Shown here piece by piece: positions 61,494 through 64,000 of a stretch of DNA of 64,000 nt. The stretch is from Chrysomallon squamiferum (taxonomy: Eukaryota; Animalia; Mollusca), in NCBI GenBank assembly GCA_012295275.1, contig CM022666.1:11966001-12030000 (forward strand), read 5' to 3'. Position 1 is the stretch's first letter, and every line of letters starts with the position of its first letter. The notes under the pieces were generated by a model. It was not told the DNA's origin, did not search any database, and saw only the letters and a list, made by a program, of their open reading frames with translations. The position numbers and the translations under genes are program-made.

Positions 61494-63903
61494 AGACTGT
61501 GTGTATGAGTATTACAAGCAGACAGATAAATACCTGATTTGTACAGCTCTCAGTAACAGTTCTTCTGCCTCAGTCGACTCACCCTTGTCTTTGAGAATGT
61601 TAGCCAGATTGTTCATCGCTTGATCATACTCACTGTTCAATCTGTTAACAATAACCCAACATTACAAACAGTTTAACTCACATTAATCAAAATCAACTGT
61701 GTATAAATCACAAAGTGACTAGAAAGATTGAAGTGATGGAGTTATAATAATTATGGCCTAAAGGACAAACAGAATAAAGGCTTTATGAACAGAAGATGCT
61801 TAAAAAATATATATTCATAATCTGTATAATGAGAAGAGAAGATCTGCAGTGAAGTTTTTAACATTTCCCAATCCAGCTAATGTTCTCTTATTGATATAAA
61901 TACAATGCTAGTGATAAAAATATCATAGTGTTATAGTGTTTATGATTTTCTGTGATTACATTACAAAAAGTTATTTTGGGAGAGGTCTTTTAAACATTTG
62001 ATTAATACCATGTCTATTTTCTAAAAATGTTTTTATTCTGTTATAGTAAAATGAGTTTTATAATTTCTGAAATGGAACAGATTAACATAAAGATTTGTAA
62101 ATCAATATTGCCATTTAAAATAAATACTAAATTACATACTTATACCTAAATGCAGCAAACAGTCATTAAATAACTGAAAATAAATTCTTAATTTATGTTT
62201 GAGTCAAGTAAGAAATGTCACTACGGATGACCAGCTATAAATAAACTGAAGTAAATGACTGGTGTGTGTGTTATAACCTTCATACCTGATAGCCAGTCGG
62301 TATTTATCAATGGCCACAGCTGTGTTGTTGTTGTCAGCTTGTAACTTGGCTATGTTGTAATGAACCTGCAAACATTTACAAACAATCCTTGTAGTGTTTG
62401 AACTGTAGAAAAATCTTAATGAAAACAAGAAGTAAAAATGGAACAGTTATATATATATTTTTTTTTAATCCTATGAAGAATAAAGCCTCACTGATTCCCC
62501 CATAGCTTAGCAAATGGCTGAGGGCAATGGCAGCCTATCTGCATTTCACTGTTTTATTATTTTAATACTATTCTTTATTATTAGAAAAAGATACTGTCTA
62601 TAATCTAAACAGTTATTTTGAAATATATAAAATTAATTGATGTAAATTGTTACACTGGTGCAGTTTGGTGTTATAATTTAATTGTTCAGTCTTATAAAAA
62701 GATATTATTTGGTTAACAGTAAACAAGACAGCACGTACCTTGGCATTGAGAGGACAGACTTTCTCTCCTGCAGTGAACAGTGACATCTCTGCTCTCCACT
62801 CATTGCTCCTCTGTTAAAACATAAACACAAATACCTCAGTCAGTCTGCTGTGTGTTAAAATATATCTCATAACAAATAACCAAATATATTATGTTTGTAT
62901 CTAAATCTTTTTTCATTTAATATTTCAAACATTACTGTTTTTATAACAACTAATAAGTAGCTAATCCACAGGGTAAAACTGCTTAAATCTGACCCCACTC
63001 TAACACAAATCTTCTTAAATCTGGATTTCTACTTTTTTTTTAACATTACATTTTACCCTTCTCAATGATGAAATATTTGATGACTGGTCAACAATGAACT
63101 GGAACAAAAAATGTCTAACACAATCTCTTGTATCCTGATTTTTCAACATGTTTCATATTTTTCAATATTTCACAGTTGAAAACAGTAAATGTTTCTTGTC
63201 ACATGTTCTATCATTAGAAAGTTTAAAGGCAGTCAGTCATTGTTAAACACAGATGTGAAAGACAACAAACAATGACAGATACATTTCTCAATGGGGACTG
63301 ACATTCTGTTCATGGATTTATTTATATATTTGTTAAAAATTATTCATAGTTTGTCAGTTTTAATTTTTTCTAAATGCTTAGAAAGAAAAATACTGAAGAC
63401 TTTATATTTGGTCCCATAGATGCTCAGTTTTAAGATATTTCACTGTATATTATAATTAATAAACAGTCAAAAATAACAGAATCATTTTGTAAATGGAATA
63501 AAGATAAAGCAATTTATATATATAAGATTATGAATATTTTCAGCAAAAATTAAAATTAAAAAATAAAACAACAACAATAATAATACATTCTTGTTAAGTA
63601 CTTTACATATATTAATATATACTTCATATCAAAATGTATATCAAAATATTAATTAAAAAAAACATTAAAAAAAGAGTTAACAAAAAATATTTTAATTATG
63701 AAATTATTATTCTGGATTACTTTGTGTAACATAATTTTTTGTTTCCAGTATATTCTTCTTGGTAACATTAGACTGTTTAATGAAGATAAAGAAATATCTG
63801 ACATATGACACAGGGTGACGTGAGCTATGTGAAATATTACACTCACCTGTACTGATCTGATCATAAACACCACAATGACAAACAGCAGACCAATTCGAAC
63901 CAC
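57233..63903 (-). CDS. TMTC4: Protein O-mannosyltransferase TMTC4, 3' portion (last TM segment and TPR repeats); 5' part beyond window end
   Basis: Exons 63847-63903, 62739-62810, 62286-62365, 61534-61641, 61030-61171, 60674-60788, 60065-60247 and 57233-57396 splice in frame: RSNEWRAEMSLFTAGEKVCPLNAK|VHYNIAK...AMNNLANILKDKGE...PEFAAAWMNLGIVQ...HRRNYPDCYYNLGNL|Y...AWRNSTKLKPTH...GVLYHRWGKL...stop. These motifs match what I recall of vertebrate TMTC4 (VCPLNAKVHYN, PDFAAAWMNLGIVQ, YPDCYYNLG, VLYHRWG). Confidence 0.95.
57770..60060. repeat. 17-bp minisatellite (tatgttac+tatgtgtac) with higher-order structure, filling most of the last TMTC4 intron
   Basis: Directly visible; the spacer tatgagaaaggtttgttgagtgtgtgagatatcacattagctgttg recurs near 57789, 58264 and 58691; the array ends at the donor 60063-60064. 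Confidence 0.95.
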
Positions 63904-63953
63904 CTGCAGAGACACACAATACTTCATTTACTTACTGTTATTTATTATTATTA

Positions 63954-64000
<47 letters not shown>

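Noticed and set aside
57233-63903. Functional link between TMTC4 and the giant gene
   Set aside because: TMTC enzymes mannosylate cadherin-type domains, none of which were seen in the giant protein; adjacency in an animal genome is not evidence.

Overview
AT-rich, microsatellite-laden eukaryotic genomic DNA from an invertebrate animal (a mollusc-like lophotrochozoan is my guess, not demonstrable here). There is no prokaryotic content and no CRISPR. Two minus-strand spliced genes were traced by hand from splice signals and intron phase. (1) 47375 to <1 is a giant uncharacterised secreted-protein gene: 59 exons, about 12.0 kb of coding sequence and about 4,000 aa inside the window, continuing off the left edge. 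Its architecture is a signal peptide, about 43 tandem six-cysteine helical modules whose C-x8-C-x7-C-x~22-C spacing recalls the RGM N-terminal domain and neuritin, two Ly6/uPAR three-finger domains, two Lys-rich inserts (one ending in an RRKR furin site), and a VWDE-like von Willebrand D domain with an NDPH motif. The modules form 5-exon super-repeats inside a duplicated higher-order block. The model needs 3 clear and 2 probable single-base indels in short homopolymers (likely assembly errors). (2) >63903 to 57233 is the 3' TPR-encoding part of TMTC4. Introns hold a deleted Tc1/mariner element, a hAT-type MITE with an 8-bp TSD, and many minisatellites that abut or copy splice sites.
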